Shown piece by piece: positions 26,037-39,059 of a stretch of DNA of 64,000 bases. The notes under the pieces are model-generated. The model saw only the letters and a program-made list of their open reading frames with translations, was not told the DNA's origin and searched no databases. The position numbers were made by a program, and so were the translations under genes. Position 1 is the stretch's first letter; the number at the start of each line of letters is the position of its first letter. This DNA comes from Ginglymostoma cirratum. Its lineage: Eukaryota. The stretch is taken from positions 13,480,978-13,544,977 of the forward strand of contig JAHRHZ010000050.1 in NCBI GenBank assembly GCA_024137785.1, written 5' to 3'.

Positions 26037-26297
26037 AAGAAATGTTTCTTTACTTTTTAGTTTTGTGTGTCCAAAGAAGAGTAGGAACACTGTAGGAACT
26101 CTCACAAAGAAATCTTATAGTTTTAGTGTCCTGATATTTCTCCCGGCTCCCCTTACTGTGATCTCATGTCCAGTGAACTTAGTTTGTGTTGTTGCCCAGA
26201 CCCTGTGTCCCTTGTGATGACTCCCTGCCGCCCAAATGATTGCTGACAGATGGGTCCTTTTTAATGGGAAGGTGGCAGGCAGCATAGTATTGAGGCT

Positions 26298-26496
26298 AGA
26301 TGAACACAGCAGGCCAAGCAGCATCATAGGAGCAGGAAAGCTTGACGTTTTGGGCTCAGACCCTTCATCAGAAAGGGTCCAGGGCCGAAACGTCAAGCTT
26401 TCCTGCTCCTATGATGCTGCTTGGCCTGCTGTGTTCATCTAGCTCCACACCTTGTTATCTCGGATTCTCCAGCATCTGCAGTACTTATTATCTCTG
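26298..26496 (+). mobile_element. Foldback element with 14-bp TSD and hammerhead-like cores
   Basis: ~70-bp near-perfect inverted arms; atagtattgaggct at 26284-26297 and 26497-26510; CTGATGA (minus, 26365-26371) and GAAACGTC (plus, 26387-26394). Confidence 0.9.
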
Positions 26497-27410
26497 ATAG
26501 TATTGAGGCTGGGCTCTTTGCAAAATAGTTCACAGAACCTTCCAACTGTCAGTCTCAGAAGGCCACAGATTTCCATTTGTGCATTCCCAACTGGGAAAAA
26601 TTTCTTTTTTAGGAATTCAGTGGATCTATCACCGCTGTACACGTGAATTTGTGTGAATTGTTTCCAAGGTACGGGTTTGTTGGATGAAGTTAAAGAATTC
26701 ATTCAGCCACCCACAGCAGCCATCACTGACCCTATCCGAGGAAGTGTTAGAGGCCTCGGATCTAGGAAGGAGAGGAGAAAGGTTCTTTCCCCGGAGAATG
26801 CAAGAGGAGGTCAGCTCAACATGCAGAGGAGAACGTCACAGTTTGGTGTTGTAATCGTCCACCTCACATGCATCTTCCTCTCTGATCTCTTGCTCCTTCT
26901 TAGTCGGCTGTTCCTTTCCTGGTACTTTCTGGAGGAGCGTGTTATTGAAGAGTTCAGCAGACCAAAACAGTGACTGAGATCCTAATAAGATGGTATTGCA
27001 GAGCACCCCCTGACCTGTTCAGGCATCAGAGCCAGTGCATTCAGAATCTCCCGTTAGTTGTGAATCTAATACCTTGCCTAGTCTTGGTACAGAGCGTCTG
27101 TCCCCTCGATAAATGCACCGATGTGCATCTGTCTGTGCAATGCCACAAAGCTCTGCCCTGACAAGGGCACAGATGGCTATGACCGTCTGCTTAGAAAATC
27201 GCGTTCTCCTTTGCCAATGGTTTTGAGTTATTGGCAGATCTTTTCACCCCTGTCTGTATATCTTATTCACAGGGTACGTCCTTGTTCCTTGTCCTCTGTC
27301 CTCTGGCTTCCTGATGCCCTTTGCTATCTCTATCAAGGCTGCTGTTTCTCATCTCCAGTCACCTCAATTTTTGAGGATGTAGCACCCATTCTTAACTACC
27401 TGGAGTTCAG

Positions 27411-28349
27411 GTTGTTGGCTTGCTCGCCGAGCTGGCTGGTTATCGTACAGAAGTTTCATCACCATGCTAGGTAACACCATCAGTACGGCCTCCGATGAAG
27501 CAATGTTGTTCTACTCTGCTTGGTGTTTATATGATCCAGTCTGTTAAGTCGGGTTGTATCATTTCCAGTTCTGTTCTGCATGGGTTTGTATATGGGGTCT
27601 AATTCCACATGTTTGTTAATTGCGTTTCGGGTTGAAAACCAGGCCTGTAGGAATCTCCATGCATGTCTGTGGTTGGCTTGAGCTAGGATGGTCACATTGT
27701 CCCAGTTGAATTGATGGCCTTCATCGGCCGAGTGCACTGAGATGAGGGAAAGTTCATTGTGTCGTTTTGCTGCTAGCTGGTGTTTGTGTATCCTGATGGC
27801 TAGTTTCCTTCCAATCTGGCTGATGGCTTGTTGCAGTCATTGCAAGGTATTTTGTAAACTACATTGGTTCTGCATGTCATGGGTTTGGTGTTTTTGGTCC
27901 TTGTGAGTGTTTGTCATAGTGTAGCTGTGGGCTTTGTGTGTTACCATGATTCCTAGTAGTTGCCGGAGTCTCGTTGTCAGTTTTGATATGTTCTTCAGAT
28001 AGGGTAGCGTGGCCAGTGTATTGGAGCATATTTGTGTCCTCCTGGCATTGTCTATTTAGTAAGCACCTGGAGATGAAGTTGTTGGGATATTCGTTGTTAG
28101 CAAAGACCTTGGACAGGTGCTCTTCCTCCTTCCTGCGTAGTTCTGGCATGTTGCAGTGAGTTGTGGCCCTTTCGAATAGTGTCCTAACACAGCTTTGTTT
28201 GTGGACATTGGGGCAAAAGCTGTGAAAATTGAAGATTTGGTTAGTGTGCGTTAACTTCCTACAAACTGTGGTTTGGAACTCCCCGTTGGTCAGTAATTCT
28301 ACCCTGACATCGAGAAACGGAAGTTGATTGTGGTCTTTCTCTTCTTTCG
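27411..28349 (-). mobile_element. 5'-truncated Penelope-like retroelement (Poseidon/Penelope type): RT C-terminus plus GIY-YIG endonuclease
   Basis: Minus strand reads NQLPFLDVRVE...RKLTHTNQIF...EEEHLSKVFANNEYP, then NVVYKIPCNDC...RIHKH and GHQFNWDNVTILAQ...FLQAWFS..NAINK. Flanked by tacctggag(t/c)tcag at 27397-27410 and 28350-28363. Confidence 0.9.
27445..27486 (-). ncRNA. Degenerate minimal hammerhead ribozyme motif at the Penelope 3' terminus
   Basis: Minus strand gta-CTGATGG-t-gttacc-tagcat-ggtgat-GAAACTTC-tgtac: core boxes (one substitution each relative to CTGATGA and GAAACGTC), stem II, short stem I. Confidence 0.6.
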
Positions 28350-28655
28350 TACCTGGAGCTCAGATGGTATCCAAATAAGTGTGCCCACTGCTCTGATGCC
28401 CACATGATGCCCGGAGGGCAGTCACTTCCTGAATTGGCAAAGTTCTTAATTCTGACGTGTCCCCCAATCTGTGATGGCTGCTACAATCATAAATCTAAAG
28501 GGGGCCAGCCTTTCCATCAATGATAGGTCGTTACACTTGTCTTCAGAAACAGCTCTGGCCTCCTTGACTGGCTGTCAGTTTATCCATGTCTGCCTTCAGC
28601 TGGTCAAAAGTAAGCAGGTACCGAAACACCACCTGGTAAATGCAAAACATTCACA

Positions 28656-28827
28656 AGCAGCATCAGAGGAGCAGGAAAGCTGATGTTTCGGGCCACTTCT
28701 GAGGAAGGGTCTAGGCTCGAAATGTCAGCCTTCCTGCTCCTCTGATGCTGCTTGGCCTGCCGTGTTCATCCAGCTCCACACCTTGTTATCTCAGATTCTC
28801 CAGCATCTGCAGTTCCTACCGTCTCTC
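28656..28827 (+). mobile_element. Foldback element with 10-bp TSD
   Basis: Inverted arms around CTGAGGA-agggtctaggctc-GAAATGTC (28699-28726); aacattcaca at 28646-28655 and 28828-28837. Confidence 0.85.
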
Positions 28828-31800
28828 AACATTCACAGAGATAGGTTTTTTCTCACAAACTCTGAACAAATTGTTTGGAAGCATAGGTGAGTTCAAAGAC
28901 CCATGTTCCCTTGAGGAAAATATATGACACTGACAACTGAGGTGGGAAATCTAGATGTACAATATCCCCACCATTTCTTTCTAGTTGCCTGCCTCCATTC
29001 TGGTCCACATGGGACCCAGAAAGGCCTCACCTGTGAGTGTATAAGTGGTGCTGAGAGAGGGTGGGGGACAGTGAAACTCTGCTATATTATGTGATGATGG
29101 TTCTTTCAGTGTAAGATGTAAATTTGCTTAATCTACAGCTTTTCTGTCAAAAGTGTTAAGTAAGGATTTTGTAGAAGCTAACGGACATTTTCTTAACTAT
29201 TTGATGCATGTTATTCAAGGCCTGCAATAGAAGGCTTATTTGAAGTACAAATGACCCATATTGAGACCTGAGCAATAGAGATGGACAAGACCTAACCAAA
29301 AGCCCGAATTTTTACCCCTCTTGCTTGACATGAATTGAGTGGGGGTGGGAAACAGTGTTGGTTGGAATTAAAATCAGAACCCTGCACTCAACCGACACTC
29401 TCTCCCGTTGGCATTTTAATTCCTGGCTTTTGAGAAGTGTCAGAGCTCTCCCATAGGTAAACAGTGGCCTTACTCCGCTGGAAGGCTGTGAAGTTATTAG
29501 GATCACACATCATTCTCTTGTGTGGATTGTACTGAGCCGCAGAGCCTCCAGTGGAAGCTGGCAGCAAGCAGCCTCAACATGGACTCCGAAGAGGCCCAGA
29601 AATGTTAAGTAAAACTATGCATTTTTTCAGGTTTCATTATGGAATGAGTTGAGCAGTATTTCTCCCCCAAACCCACCAAAGGGATGCATTGGCCTCCAGT
29701 GTCCTGGCATACTGTTGCCCTCTAACGTTGGTGATTGCCTGCAGATCCACTCAACCGCAAATGCCAGGCATGATTTCATCCTGTTGAACTAAATCATGCT
29801 CCCACACAGCGATAAGGGCCCATCCCTCTGAGCTTGGATCAGAGTCTAACTTGAAAAATCGTAATGACACTTAAAAGTTAAAATGGACATTTCTTAACCA
29901 CCAAAAATCCCATACACTACATTTCCAGAGTTTATTTAGGGCCCTTTTGTTTGTCCCTTCAAGATCTCCTCTGAAATCTTCACTCTCATTACAGTTTCTT
30001 TTTAAACTAAAGTGAAATTGAAGCACGTAAAGCTGTTTAATTGTAGGTGTAAGTGATGTTTCATCTCATAAGAAATCAAGGATGCTCGAGCAGGCCTTTT
30101 GACTGCAGAATAAGTAAAATAAACGTGAAACGTAACGAGTGAACATTCAGAGAAATTCAGACTTTTGAATTGAATTGCTGAAAGTACAATCCTTAGTCCA
30201 AAGGACTCTAAAGGTTTGGTCCAAGATTCTGCAGAATAATGGGGGATTCCAGCTGAGAATAGTGGTTAGGGGTCAAACCCTTTTTTATTGCCAGTGAGTT
30301 TGTACAGTGCACACAAAGCAAGCGTAGAGAATTTGCGAAATCTAGTTTCTCAATCTCTGCCGGTGATCCTTTGTGGGAACTGTCATATTTGCTGACCCCA
30401 GCTCCATTGGATGTCTTGGTTGTGGCTCTACGATGTGTGAAAGAATGTGATATGTTTATCATAAACTGTCAAAGCAAGCAGCAGGAATGGAGATGCCCCA
30501 TTGCCAAGGCTGGCTGAAGGGAAACCAGATGCATTTTAGTCTCTCAAAACAACAGTAACAAGTAGCCTGTGAGATTATATAAAAGTCACTAGACACTCGA
30601 TTTGTGAAGGGTGTTGAGTTCTGAAAATGTTGTTCATCTGCTTGGTTAAAAGTATTTAATGACAAAAGAAGATCTGCTAAGCACCCTGTGCAGGGTTGTG
30701 TGAGTTTAAAACTTTATCTTGCCTTTCTTTTTAATTCCTGTACTATTACCTTTAGCTGGATGATGGATCATTTCAATCATGGTCCTTACTATCAGCTCAG
30801 CGATTAGCTAATAGGAAGTGCACTTGTAATAGGATGAGCTGACTGACAATGAGATATGATGAGATGTAATGCGTGTGTCTATTTAGTGGCTTAATTCAGC
30901 ACAGCTAAGAATCTTCAACACAATAATAAAAAAAATTACCTGAAGTCTAGCAAAGTTCTCAGCTGTATGCTGCTAAAATCAATGTGCAGGACTAATTGTA
31001 CTAACATGAATCAGATCTTGGCCAGCCTAATGAAAAGGGCAGCTGACTGGAGGGAGAACCCCCAAAAGTAGTGGCCTAATCTCCTTCAGAATTACTGTCA
31101 TCTAAAAATGAAGTTGATATTAAAAGTAAATGCATTGTAAGTTGTACACCTTGTTAAGGAGGCCTTGTAACTGTGCCTTTGCAATAGGATGAAGACATAG
31201 TCTTTGGGGGCAGAAAACTTAGCAAAACCTGTGTGTGAGATGGTCTGTAAGTTCTGCCCTGTTAGAAGTGCTTGTGAGAATGAGCGAAGTGAGCATAATG
31301 ATTAGAGTTGTTTGATGTATTTTAAATGAAAATTGTGTGCCAACAATAATCTTTCTGGACGAGATTTTATTTAATTCAGAACTCAATTACATTTTGATTT
31401 AAAACTGAATTTCTAAACACCAGTAAAAACAAGTGACGTCACATCAATACAGCACTTCTCAAATAGCGCAAGACCCAAGAAGTTTCTAACTGCATTCATA
31501 CAGTGTCATGAAGAAATTTATGACACATGTGGATACAGTATTAATACAGTCTTCTCTGATGAAGACATGCTGAACAAACCCTCACACTACACAAGCATGT
31601 ATCATTATCTACTTGACCACGCTGTGCAAGCAGGTAAAACTGTTTTCATTTAGGTTCATAAGACCCTGACCACAGAACACTGGACATTTCTCCAAAGTCA
31701 TAATCCTGGAATGTGTCGAGTGTAGCAAGCTATTTGTGGTTTGGCTACTATAAGACGACAACATTCCAACCACTGGAAAGCCTATCATTGGTAACTGTAT

Positions 31801-32834
31801 GCAATAATGCTGAACAAAAGTTTCCAGTGACATCACATTCATCATAGTTGTCAGACATAATCTGCAGTGAGCTTGGGTTACCTGAAGAATGAGTAACAGC
31901 ACCATTTACCAGAATGTGTTACAAAAAAACCCATGTTTTAAAAAGAATGAATACACTGAGGTCCTTCATTTACATTCTGTAGATAGCAATCCGAGGTGAT
32001 ATGTACCATCTATAATGGAGTAAGAAGAAAGGAAATTAAACCATATTGGCATGTTCTAAACAATCCAATTTCTAAATCCTGCTAGATCCATCAGGTTTTT
32101 GAAGATTTGAGTTAGATTTTGAAGTCAAAAACTGGTTAGTGATCTGAAAATGCTGATGGGAGAGGGATATGGAAGGAGATTGTGGGGGGATGTAACAATT
32201 AGTGACCTGATCAAATCAGATCAACTGGCAGACTCCCAAATCTGGACTAACTAACAGGGGACTGTTAATACTGGAAGTTCAACAGCCTACTGGCAGAAGT
32301 GTAAACTGTCAATAAGGGTAGAGAAATGAGAAGAAACCTCAATTTGGAGGTGATCTCTGAAGACAAATCTCAAATTTACAATAAATAGCCGCCAGGCTTT
32401 CAAAAATAATCTGTCTATAGAGTGGCCTGTAACTGCAGCTGTAACCTTTGGTATTTGCGACTGAGGAGAGTAGGTTATAGGATTTATAGGAATTGCTGCC
32501 GTCCCGGCTCTCTGTTTGGAAGGCCATCACCATCCATTGGCCAAACGACGGCCTTGCCGGTTTGCCAACTGAGAAACCTCCGATCAACGTAATTTGCCAA
32601 ATTACCTACCAACTGCTGGCAGACAGGTAGCTGCCATAAGCAAACCCACCCATCATCCACCCACCAGCACCATCCTTCAGAACACACTGTAGGTGGGAAT
32701 ACATTGGCATTGTGATATTGCCATTATACACACTTCCGTTTCTTTACGAAAATCCAGTAGCCCGTTGTACTATATTTTTTGGTGATCAAGTGGGAATTTT
32801 ACTTTGAGAATTTGTGTGCTCTGAATTTCCTATG

Positions 32835-33075
32835 ATGTGGAGGTGCCGGTGTTGGACTGAGGTGGACAAGGTCAGAAATCACACAACACCAAGTTATAGT
32901 CCAACAGGTTTATATGAAATCACAAGCTTTTGGAGTCTTATTCCTCCTTCAGGTTTAAGTGAGACAGGCAGTATCGGACACAGAATTTAAAAGTAAAAAA
33001 TCAGAGGGTCACACCACTGATTAGGATGTACTAAACAAACCTAAGATGCTGTTAAATATTTAATCAGTTAGAATG
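32835..33075 (-). mobile_element. Penelope-type terminal repeat of another family, with a hammerhead-like motif
   Basis: Minus strand CTGAAGG-aggaataagactcc-AAAAGCTT-gtgatttc (32921-32956), followed by aaacctgttggactataacttggtgttgtgtga, resembling shark Penelope termini as I recall them. Confidence 0.55.
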
Positions 33076-33214
33076 TTTTAATTGATTAATTTGTATAGGT
33101 AAATCCTGCTCTTTGGGGGTCATTTGGCCTTTGACCAAAGGAGTAAAATGGGAATGAGCAAGTTGACAGCCTGTGTCTCATCTCCTCCCATTTTCATCAC
33201 TATTTGTACCATCA

Positions 33215-34790
33215 GAAAAGATATAAAATGGAAGGGATATCCCACTATTACATCCCATAGTACTTAAGGAAATGGCCCCAGAAATAGTCAATGCATTGGT
33301 GGTCATATGGATTGAAGGTTAGCTAATAAAACTCTACTATTTAAAAAAGGTAGTAAAATGAAAACAAGATGAACTAGCTGAAATTAATCATAGGGAATGT
33401 GTTAGAGTCAATTATAAAATATTTAATAGCAGAACACTTGGAAAACCTGACAGGATCAGACAGAGTCAGCACAGATTTATGAAAGAGATATCAAGTTTGG
33501 CAAATCTACTGGAATTTTTGTGAATGTAACTAGTAGAGTTGATAAAGGGACCCAGTGGATGTGGTTTGCTTGGACTTTCGGAGGCTTTGAGAAGAGATTA
33601 TCCCCTGAAAGTAAAGGATATGGAATTCGAGATTGTGTACTCACATGGATGGAAAACTGGTTGGCAGACAGGAAATAAAGAATAGGAATAATTGGATCTT
33701 TTTCCAAGTGGCAGGCAGTGGCAAGTGTGGTTTCACAGGAGTCAGTGCTTGGACCAAGTTATTCACAATATTTGTTAATGATTTAAATGATAGAACTAAA
33801 TTTAAGACCTCCAAGTTTTCAGGCAACACAAAACAGAGTGGGTGGGTGAACTGTGAGAGGATGCAGAAATGTTTCAGTATGGTTTGGACAAGTTGAGTGA
33901 TGGGACAAATTGAGTATAATATAGATAAATGTGAGGAAACGGAAGGCAAATTATTACCTGAATCGCAATAGATTGGGGAAGGGGGAGGTGCAACGAGACC
34001 TGGGTGTCCTTGCACCACAGTTACTGAAAGTAAGCATGCAGATTCAGCAGAGGATGGAGAAGGCAAAATGGTATTTTGGGCTTCATAGTGAGAGGATTTG
34101 AGTACAGGAGCAGTCTTGCTGCAATTGTAGAGGGTTTTGGTGAGACCACACCTGGAATATTGTGTGCATTTTTGATCTCTTTATCTGAGGAAGGATGTCC
34201 TGGCAATGAAGGGAGTAAATGGTTGATCAGACTGATTCCTCAGATGGCAGGACTGACGTGTGAAGAGAGACTGGATCGGCTGGGACCGTATTCACTGGAG
34301 TTTTGAAGAACAAGGGGAGATCTCATAGAGACATATAAAAGTAGAGTCCTCTTGTGGCAGAAAGACCTGGGTTCAAGTACTGCCTGCTCCTGAGGTGTGT
34401 CATAACATCTCTGAACAGATTGTTAAAATTATAGGTTAGATTAAGATAAAAATATAAACTGGTTAAATTCTTAACAAGACTAGACAGATAAATGCAGAAT
34501 TAAGTTCCCAGTTACCAGGAAGTCCAAAACAAGTGTCAGAGTTGCCCATTTAGGACTGAGATGGGGAGGAATTTATTCCCCCAGAGAGTAGTGAACCTGT
34601 AAATTCTCTGCCACTGAAAGCAGTCGAAGCCAAAATATTGATACTTTCAATAAGGAGCTAAACATAGTTCTTTGAGCTGAAGGGATCAAAGGGTATGGAG
34701 AGAAAGCAGGAACGGGTATGGAGTTGGATGATTGTATTTAATGGTGGAAAAGGCTCATAGGGCTGAATGGCCTACTTCAGTTTTCTACAA
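33215..34790 (+). mobile_element. Degenerate CR1 LINE (RT region to 3' UTR) with a small SINE-like insert near 34340-34430
   Basis: Frameshifted RT motifs (LFTIFVNDL, SKFSGNTK, FIVRGFEYR, EERLDRLGPYSLEF) and a CR1 3' UTR ending gggctgaatggcctact. Confidence 0.85.
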
Positions 34791-35125
34791 TTAAATGAAT
34801 CTGTTTTCCATCTTGTCTTTTGCTGCTCATCAATAGCACAACAATTCCCAGATGTGATCAGCTGGCATGTCAAATAGAAAAGAATTAAGATTCAACAAAC
34901 TCACAATTTAAGCATTCAAATGTCAAGACATCGACATAACAGGAAATAGATGTTAAGATCTGCCATAAAACAATTAAAGGTGTGAAAGAATGACCTTGTC
35001 TTCCAGCTGTTTGAATTCAGTTAGGTCCAGGTGTTGTGAATTTTGTTCTGATTAGAACTGTTGACGCTTTGCATGGAAGGTGTTTATATATTTTGAGTAA
35101 TGTTCCTTTTTGTTTTGTTTGACAG

Positions 35126-35269
35126 GTTGCTGAATGCCAACAAGATTAACTGTCTGCGAGTAGATGCTTTTCAGGATCTCCATAATTTAAACCTCCTCTC
35201 TCTATATGACAACAAGTTACAGACCATTGCCAAAGGCACTTTTGCACCTCTGCGTGCTATCCAGACTCT
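35126..35269 (+). CDS. slit2: Slit2 coding exon (exon 13 orthologue), two LRRs
   Basis: 144 nt, tttgacAG / GTATGT; [48 protein letters not shown]. Confidence 0.97.
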
Positions 35270-37354
35270 GTATGTATTCCTTCATAATTTCAGCTACATG
35301 GGAAAGTTGGATTTTGTTGAGATGTGAAAATAGTGTATGAAATAATTCATGATATTTGTACATTTTTAAAATACCAAAGAGAAGAGAAAGTCCCATCTCT
35401 TGGTCTCCTCTGAGATATGCACTGAACTAAGACTAGGCTTACGTAAGCTCAACTTCTGGCAATGTTTCAGTTTACCTTGTTACCTTTCGAGAAGTAATCG
35501 TCCCCTAGTTATAGGATAGGTAATAGGTAAATTCTGCCCCTCCATGGTACGGTCCATGTAGCACAAAGGAACTGTGCAGTCTATTAAAGCATGGGTATGT
35601 TGCTCAACAGGTTTCTGGTTTTCCAGGAAGTTGAAAATTAGACACAAGTGCAAGTCAGAAATTCCAGTTTAACTAATTAATTGCAATGAGTAGAGAGAGG
35701 TAATATCATTTCATGTTCTGTCAGCAGTTTTTTTTTTGAATCATAAATTAGTGCAACACACAATAAAGCCTTTGGTGAATTGAGTCTGCAGTGACTGCTT
35801 CGGAGAACAAACCGGTCAGCTTCACTGCCCGAATCTTACCTCATGACCATGCAATTATTTCTGCTTCAAATGTTACCAGTTTCCATTTGAAGAAAACAAT
35901 TGAATATTTATCTGCCCTGAAGGAAAGGGAGATGAGGATATGAACCCAATCTAGCAAAAAACATTATAATGATCGGTGAAATCTTCAATAGATATGGAAA
36001 AAGGAAATGTTTAGATAAGATGCAAGTCGGTCTACAACAGGCAGAGTCAGGAGAATTTATAATGGGAAGTAAAGAGATGGAAGAGAAACTGAATGATTAC
36101 TTTGGGCAGAATCTTACAGGGCTGTGATGAGAGTGTGGTAGAATCAGATGGGAAATCCGGCAAGGACTATCTCAATGTCAGGAGCATCTTATTGCATTGT
36201 TTATGCTTTTGTTAAGCAGCAAAGTGAGTTTCTCAAAGCAGTATTAGGTTAACATTTAAGGGGGATTATTGCTTGTTAAACGCTTCATTGACAGACCAAC
36301 TTGCCCCTTCAGTATAAGGCTTTCATTCTTTCTAAACACGTCCAACATCTTGACATTAACATGGAAATCGGAGGAAGTGCCTAGAAAATTGAATTTGCAC
36401 TTACTCCAAAAGACTTCCCTGTTTTGGACCATACAGCATCTCAGGGCACATCAGTGTGCTGCGTCAATCTCACACCTACGCCATATGCCAGTAGATAATA
36501 CAGCAAACACACTGCACGTGCAGAAAGCAGGTAGCATGCGTCCGAATCTTGGCAGAGTGGCACTCACCAAAGTTCATGAAAGTATTGGTCAGTCAGAGAG
36601 TCTGGGCATAGGAAGTCAAGGTCATCTTCTGATACTAACCCAGGAGATGGACCAGGGTCAGGTGTCCATTTTGGGTGTGCTCACTCAGGGGGTACATGCT
36701 TCTTTGGACCGGGAAGTAGGTCACAATCAATCAGCCTGAGAGCTATGAGGTTAGGGACACATCAAGTCTTTAGTCAGGGGTCTGGGCACTTTTCATCTGG
36801 GGCTGTCTAGTTTGGTTGCCCAAACGTGGACAACAGTATCTGCAAGGAAGCATGGAGTTACAAACCTTGGATGGGAAGTGGCTCATACAGGAGGACATCC
36901 GTCCTGGCTTCAAAGCGCACAGTCTATAACCACACCTAATATAGATACCCCATGTGCCAGGGACTGGGCAGGTGCAGCTCAAACAATTGGGTTTTCTAAG
37001 CACCTGGGGAGTTGAGAAGACTATGGGATTTACAGGCAGGGCTATCCAGGAAGGTATTTAAATGTTTGGGTCTTTACCAACAGATAGTTACAAGTCTTGG
37101 TATCCACTGGCTGAAGAGTGCGCAATGTCACCTTCCATCATACTGGAATTCAAAAATATATGATGGGGAAGAAAATGACTGTGATCACTGATAGAGTGGG
37201 CAGGATATGTGATTTGACCTAAGTGGGAGGGGACTGTAAGTTCTACTGATGTGAGGACTTTTAGAGGGAAACAATATTACACACAGACCCATGCAGTGAA
37301 CAGGACACAAATGTACAGAGCCCTAAACCCTGACCATCCTAATGTATTGGCTCC

Positions 37355-37870
37355 CAGGTGCAGCAAGTTATCAAGAAGGTGAATGGAATGTTAACCATTA
37401 TTGCAAAAGGATTTAAGTACAGGAGAAGTGAACTCTTGCTATGTTTGTATAAGATGTTTGTTTAGACAGTATTTGGAGTACTGTGTGCAGGTTTGGTCTT
37501 CTTATCCCAGGAAGGATATTATTGGCATAGAGGGAATATAGTGAAGACACCCCAGAATTTTTCCTGCAATAGCAGGACTGTATTATAAAGAGAGATTTAT
37601 CAAGCTAGGCCTGTATTCGCTAGAGTTTCAAAAAACGAGCAGTGATCTCATTGAAAATGATGAAATACCGAAAGGAATAGATGGGACAGATGCAGGTAAG
37701 ATGTTTCCCCTGGTTTGGAGTCGAGAACTAGCAAGTACAATTTAAAAAGAAGGGAATGCTATTTAAGATTGGGATGAGGAGTTTTTTCTTAACTTAGTGA
37801 ATTGAAATCTTCGTAATTCTGTCCCACAGAGGGCTATGAAAGTTCAGTCTTTGAGTATATTGAATTTAGA
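37355..37870 (+). mobile_element. Degenerate CR1 3' fragment (a more 5' CR1 piece lies at ~35930-36102)
   Basis: caggtgcagcaagttatcaagaaggtgaatggaatgttaacc...ggagtactgtgtgcag...gatctcattgaaa parallels the CR1 ORF2 tail of other copies. Confidence 0.75.
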
Positions 37871-38126
37871 TATTTTTTGATCTTATGGGTGGAAATTTCA
37901 AATTACCCAGTTTAAACCCTCTGAGCTCTTTATTTGACCTCTCTGCAAACCATTTGTACAACTCCCTCCTGCCTGAGATGTCACCTCACATTCCAAAAAT
38001 GTTAAACACTCCTTTTTACCCTGTCTGTTATGCCTTCACATTATTAAACTAACCTGGTACAAGCTTTACTCCTTACATTACTCAACTTAATATACTGCAC
38101 TTTTAAAGAAACTCCTCAGTCCTCAA

Positions 38127-38336
38127 TACAGTGTGGAACTGGAGGAACACAGCAGGCCAGGCAGCATCAGAGGAGCAGGGAAGCTGACGTTTTGGGCCTA
38201 GACCCTTCTTATTTCTGAAGAAGGGTCCTGACCCGAAACATCAGCTTTCCTGCTCCTCTGATGCTACCTGGCCTGATGTGTTCCTCCAGCTCCACACTGT
38301 GTTACCTCTGACTCCAGCATCGGCAGTTCTTACCAT
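38127..38336 (+). mobile_element. Foldback element with ~15-bp TSD and a hammerhead core
   Basis: ~80-bp inverted arms; CTGAAGA-A-GGGT-cctg-ACCC-GAAACATC at 38215-38242; ctcctcagtcctcaa (38112-38126) versus ctcctcagcactcaa (38337-38351). Confidence 0.87.
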
Positions 38337-39059
38337 CTCCTCAGCACTCAAGATGCTTTTACAGATCTCCATCGTCTTTCCCTACACCATTTGTTCTTAC
38401 ACGAACAGTAACTTTTGGCCAATCATCCTCTCTTTCCAGTACTTTTTCTATCCTAATTGTTATGTCACTTGCCCTAACACAAAAAAGGCAATGTATCATT
38501 CAGAACTCTCAGAAACAGCTACAGAAAATTATTTCTATTTCTAGTCAGAGAAACCCCAAAAATAACCATAAATGTTTTCTTCTCTTTATAATCATACTTA
38601 CCCCTTCCTTAGGAAACCACTTGTTTCACGGTATCGCTCATAATTTCAATTTTCAAGAATTATTTCCTTAGTTAATAATACTGGGTGTACATGAATAATG
38701 CAGTTTTTACATCTCTGATAATGAAAGCAGTGTACTCCCTCAGAGCTTCAGTCTGTCTTAAATAATTCAGTAGGAAGCATTGCAGTTCTGCCATTTCTCA
38801 TCTACCCAGGTAATAAGTGGTTTTGAATGTGATACAGGACCGACAGTCACTGTAGCAAATACTAAGTCGTACATTGTAAATTCTTAATGTATCGGGGCCC
38901 CAGTAAATGCATTACAGCTGCAGAGAACAATTGGAATATTAGCTGCTTTACCTCTCCCTTTGAAGAGCTCTTTGCACTGCTGTTTTACATTCTTTTGACA
39001 GAGCCAATACATTGTTTTGACTTCTCTATTTTTGCTGTTGTTGTTTGTCTTCATAAAAG

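Noticed and set aside
25864-28837. Repeated palindromic units as a CRISPR array or bacterial REP elements
   Set aside because: Vertebrate intron context, irregular spacing, no cas genes, and TSDs showing independent retro-insertions.
36269-36739. 156-aa plus-strand ORF (also 50883-51317 and 51275-51697)
   Set aside because: No recognisable domain or codon bias. They lie in decayed repeat-like or low-complexity sequence, and the last simply overlaps mir-218 in antisense.
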